Below are positions 60,909 to 64,000 of a stretch of DNA of 64,000 nucleotides, piece by piece; the first letter of the stretch is position 1, and each line of letters opens with the position of its first letter. The notes beneath the pieces were generated by a model, which was given only the letters and a program-made list of their open reading frames with translations, did not search any database and was not told the origin of the DNA. Position numbers and translations under genes: made by a program. Source of the DNA: Planctomycetota bacterium (lineage in GTDB: Bacteria; Planctomycetota; UBA1135; UBA2386); contig OZ245006.1 of NCBI GenBank assembly GCA_965223545.1, positions 5,152,001-5,216,000 of the forward strand. The letters are read 5' to 3'.

Positions 60909-61490
60909 ATGAGCAAGAACAGACGCAAGATCATCGTCGTCAACAAGGACGTGCAGAGGCGGATCGTGCTGTCCGTGGCACTGCTGCCCACCCTGTCTCT
61001 CACCGTGGCAACGCTGATCGTGGCGGTGTTCTGCCGGCGACTGTTGGGCGAGGCGATGCAGACCGACGCCCACCTGCCGAGTCTGGTGCCGTTGTTCGTC
61101 TCGATGCTCGGCTTCGTCGTCGTATCGGCGGCGATCGTCCTGCATCACGCGCTGCGATTCTCGCACCGCATCGCCGGGCCCAGCTACCGGCTGATCAAGT
61201 CGATGGAGCGCTTGCGCAGCGGTGACGTCTCGTTCCGTGTGCACCTGCGCAACGGGGATCATCTGGGCGAAGTCGCGGACGCGTTCAATCAGGTCTTGGA
61301 TTGGCTCGAACGCGACCCGCCCCCCAGCGTAGGCCAGGCGATGGACGTCGTCGAAGCGCCTCAGCCGGAAGAGTTGCCCGAGGTGTGCGGTGGCCGGCCG
61401 GCGACCAGGGACGCGATGTTGGAGATGGAGGCGGCCGAGACGCCGCCGGCGCCGGCCGCGAACACCGACGCCCCAGCGCCGGCGCGGTGA
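60909..61490 (+). CDS. Two-TM HAMP-domain membrane protein
   Basis: Two hydrophobic helices; SHRIAGP.YR...LR.GD....VADAFN. Confidence 0.8.
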   Translation: MSKNRRKIIVVNKDVQRRIVLSVALLPTLSLTVATLIVAVFCRRLLGEAMQTDAHLPSLVPLFVSMLGFVVVSAAIVLHHALRFSHRIAGPSYRLIKSMERLRSGDVSFRVHLRNGDHLGEVADAFNQVLDWLERDPPPSVGQAMDVVEAPQPEELPEVCGGRPATRDAMLEMEAAETPPAPAANTDAPAPAR

Positions 61491-61574
61491 CGCTCGGCGC
61501 GGCTCGTTCGGCCAGGAACGGCGCCACGGACTTGCACGCCGCCTGGTGCCGCGCACGATTCTGACCGAGGCCCG

Positions 61575-62387
61575 ATGCCATCACCGCTGTTCATCGTCGG
61601 GTCAGGTCGCTGTGGATCGACCTGGCTGTACTCGATTCTCCGCCAGCACCCGGGGATCGCGTTGACCAACGAAGCCAAGGTCATTGATTTCCTCTACTTC
61701 TGTGCCGAGCTCGCCGCGGTGCCGGTGAACCGCCGTGCCGAGTTCTTCACCAACGAGACGGTGGAGATGCGGGGGTTGGTGCACGCCGACTATGTCGACA
61801 CGTTCGTCACCGTCTTCCATCGCCACGTGAAGGCGATCTGCGAGGACTTCTACGCCACCCAGTTCGCCGGACGGGACTACGCGTTCTGGGGCGACAAGCT
61901 CCCCGACCCCCGCGCGGCGGCGACTGCCCGGTGGGTGTGGCCCGACGCGCGCTACCTCGTCTTGGTGCGCGACCCGCGCGACGTCCTCTGCTCGTGGTGG
62001 GCGTTCGCCAAGCGCGCCGACATTGCGCGCGACGACCCCAAGCTCGTCGGCGTGTCGGCGCAGTCGCTCGCCGACTCTTGGCGGCTGCTCTACTCCGGAG
62101 TGCTCGAGCAGCTCGACGGCGCCCTACAGGTTCGCTACGAGGACCTGCGCGCCGATCCTCGGCCGCGGGTTGCCGAGATTCTCGCCTGGTTGGGTTTACC
62201 CTGGGTCAACGGTCTGGACGCCGAGCTCGACGCCGGCCAAGTGTTCGCTTCGCACGGCACCGCCGCGACGCCGGCGGCGACCATCGGCCGCTGGCAGCGG
62301 GAGCTCTCGCAAGAGGACATCCGCACGGTCGAGCGGGTCTGTGGACCGCTGATGCAGCGCTTCGGTTACGTGCTCACCGACCGCTGA
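61575..62387 (+). CDS. Sulfotransferase family protein
   Basis: IVGSGRCGST; WGDKLP; VRDPRDV..S; VRYEDL. Confidence 0.9.
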   Translation: MPSPLFIVGSGRCGSTWLYSILRQHPGIALTNEAKVIDFLYFCAELAAVPVNRRAEFFTNETVEMRGLVHADYVDTFVTVFHRHVKAICEDFYATQFAGRDYAFWGDKLPDPRAAATARWVWPDARYLVLVRDPRDVLCSWWAFAKRADIARDDPKLVGVSAQSLADSWRLLYSGVLEQLDGALQVRYEDLRADPRPRVAEILAWLGLPWVNGLDAELDAGQVFASHGTAATPAATIGRWQRELSQEDIRTVERVCGPLMQRFGYVLTDR

Positions 62388-62443
62388 GGCGACTCCTCCT
62401 GTTGGCGGGCGGCAAGGCTACACTTCTGCGCAGGCCGCCGATC

Positions 62444-63619
62444 ATGAACCGCTCCGACGATCCACGACGCGCGAACACGAAGAAGGTCCTCGACGCCGAG
62501 GCCCGCGGGCTCGGCGCGTACGACGCCTACCCGATGCGGTTGACCCTCGAGCTCACGGCCGACTGCAACCTGCGCTGTCCGCACTGTGAGTTCACACCGC
62601 CGCGCGCCTGGAAGGACAAGAACGACCCAGGGCGCGTGCTGCACGTCTCCATCGAGGATGTGCGCCGCTTCGCCGCGCGCGTGTTTCCCTACATCGAGGA
62701 GGTGGTGCCGTCGGTGGTGGGCGAGCCGATGATGTATCCGCACTGGGACGAGTTCTTGGCCCTGTGCGCGGAGTACGGCGTGTTCGCCGAGATCTACACC
62801 AACGGCAGCTACCTGACCGAGGCCACGCTCGCCAACTTGGCGCCGGTCACCTCCAAACTGATCGTGTCGATGGATGGGGCCAGCCGTGAGACGTTCAACA
62901 TGCTGCGGCGGCCGTCGGACTTCGACGACATCACCGCGCGGCTGCGCAACCTCGCCGCCTGGCGCGCCGGGCTCGAGAAGTCCGAGCGCCCGATCGTGCA
63001 GGTCCACTCCGTGTTGACGCTGCACTGGGTCGACGAGCTGGTCGACATGGTGCGCTTGGCGAAAGACCACGCCATCGACAGCCTCGGCGTCGGTCACCTG
63101 ATCGCCTACAACGATCACTGGCGCAAGTTCGCGCCCGAGCGCGAGCCCGAGCGCACCGACGACGCGCTGCGCGCCGCCGCCGAAGAGGCCAAGCGACTGG
63201 GCGTCAGTGTGCGCCTGCCGCAGCTGTTCGGCACCGGCGAGGATGTGTCGGTGTCGGCGCCGACGGCGTTTCCGCTGACGCCCAAGGTCGTGACGCGTCC
63301 GGCGCCCGAAGGGCGGCGCTACTGGTGCAAGTATCTGTGGCGCGAGCTGTTCATCACGTTGGGCGGCACGGTGGCGCCGTGCTGTGGGTTGGGGCGGCCG
63401 GACGTCGGCAGCGTGCACGAGACCCAGGACTTGGCCGAGATCTTCGCCGACCCCGTGCTCGCCGAGATGCGCACCGGGATGGTCGAGGAGCGCCTGCACC
63501 CCGCCTGCGCCGAGTGCCCGCAGCTGTCGATGTTCAGTGGGCTGAGCTACGACGCCGCGTCCTTCGACGGCACCTACGCGACGCTCGAGGGCGAGCTCGC
63601 CCGCCGCCGCAAGCCGTAG
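62444..63619 (+). CDS. Radical SAM protein with SPASM/twitch domain
   Basis: CNLRCPHC; GEP; C-terminal C...PCC...CAEC. Confidence 0.9.
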   Translation: MNRSDDPRRANTKKVLDAEARGLGAYDAYPMRLTLELTADCNLRCPHCEFTPPRAWKDKNDPGRVLHVSIEDVRRFAARVFPYIEEVVPSVVGEPMMYPHWDEFLALCAEYGVFAEIYTNGSYLTEATLANLAPVTSKLIVSMDGASRETFNMLRRPSDFDDITARLRNLAAWRAGLEKSERPIVQVHSVLTLHWVDELVDMVRLAKDHAIDSLGVGHLIAYNDHWRKFAPEREPERTDDALRAAAEEAKRLGVSVRLPQLFGTGEDVSVSAPTAFPLTPKVVTRPAPEGRRYWCKYLWRELFITLGGTVAPCCGLGRPDVGSVHETQDLAEIFADPVLAEMRTGMVEERLHPACAECPQLSMFSGLSYDAASFDGTYATLEGELARRRKP

Positions 63620-63623
63620 GGTC

Positions 63624-64000
63624 CTCAGCGCGGCCATGGCCGCAACCAAACTCGGATGCCGCTCTCGCCGGAGCGGCTTGGAAGGTCCGACCCATCCGCC
63701 GCCGCACTGAGCCAGGAGGCACTGTCTCTCCGAGCCTCCGGCGCGGCGGCGACGTTGCCATGTCGGCGACGTCGCCTCGAGAATGTTGTCGAAGCTCGAA
63801 GATTCGGGGCGCCGGAGGCTCAGCGCGGCCACGGCCGCAACCAAACTCGGATGCCGCTCTTCCCGGAGCGGCTTGGAAGGTCCGACCCATCCGCCGCCGC
63901 GCTGAGCCAGGAGGCACTGTCTCTCCGAGCCTCCGGCGCGGCGGCGACGTTGCCATGTCGGCGACGTCGCCTCGAGAATGATGTCGAAGCTCGAAGATTC
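63624..64000. repeat. 195-bp tandem direct repeat (at least 2 copies, truncated by the window edge)
   Basis: Units start at 63624 and 63819; 5 differences in 182 aligned bases. Confidence 0.92.

Noticed and set aside
63706..63720. IS110 target site within the tandem repeat (GAGCCAGG)
   Set aside because: Only the left half and core match; the right arm GCTCC is absent.
63624..64000. CRISPR array
   Set aside because: Units are 195 bp and near-identical throughout, with no unique spacers and no cas genes in the window.

Overview
High-GC bacterial chromosomal segment; the gene content (ELWxxDGT and kelch-like secreted propellers, Trx/PDZ protein, Ser/Thr kinase-TPR, HEAT protein, ECF sigma) suggests Planctomycetota (inference). 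It holds about 48 CDS, including ilvE, ggt, xseA/xseB, lipB, trxA, mrp, a class I aminotransferase, a prolyl oligopeptidase, an HD hydrolase, a ParDE toxin-antitoxin pair and a sigma-70 factor, plus tRNA-Leu(GAG). The main feature is two apparently identical, oppositely oriented 1648-bp IS110-family elements (10170-11817 minus, 27644-29291 plus). Each sits at the CAG centre of a REP-like palindrome (GGAGC-CAG-GCTCC). Two empty copies of that palindrome are in the window (25871, 41019). The element's 250-bp non-coding left end carries short segments matching both the target (GAGCCAG) and the circle-junction donor (CAGGTCAG), as expected for a bridge-RNA-guided recombinase. Other observations: an IS1634 with TIRs and a 4-bp TSD beside IS110 copy 2; twin divergent ECF-type promoters; a C-terminal domain shared by three secreted propeller proteins; unusual nuclease fusions (PLD+SNase, OB+PolB-exonuclease, HARP-like+XseA); and a 195-bp self-complementary tandem repeat running off the right edge. 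Start codons were chosen by eye and family calls come from motif recognition, not database searches.
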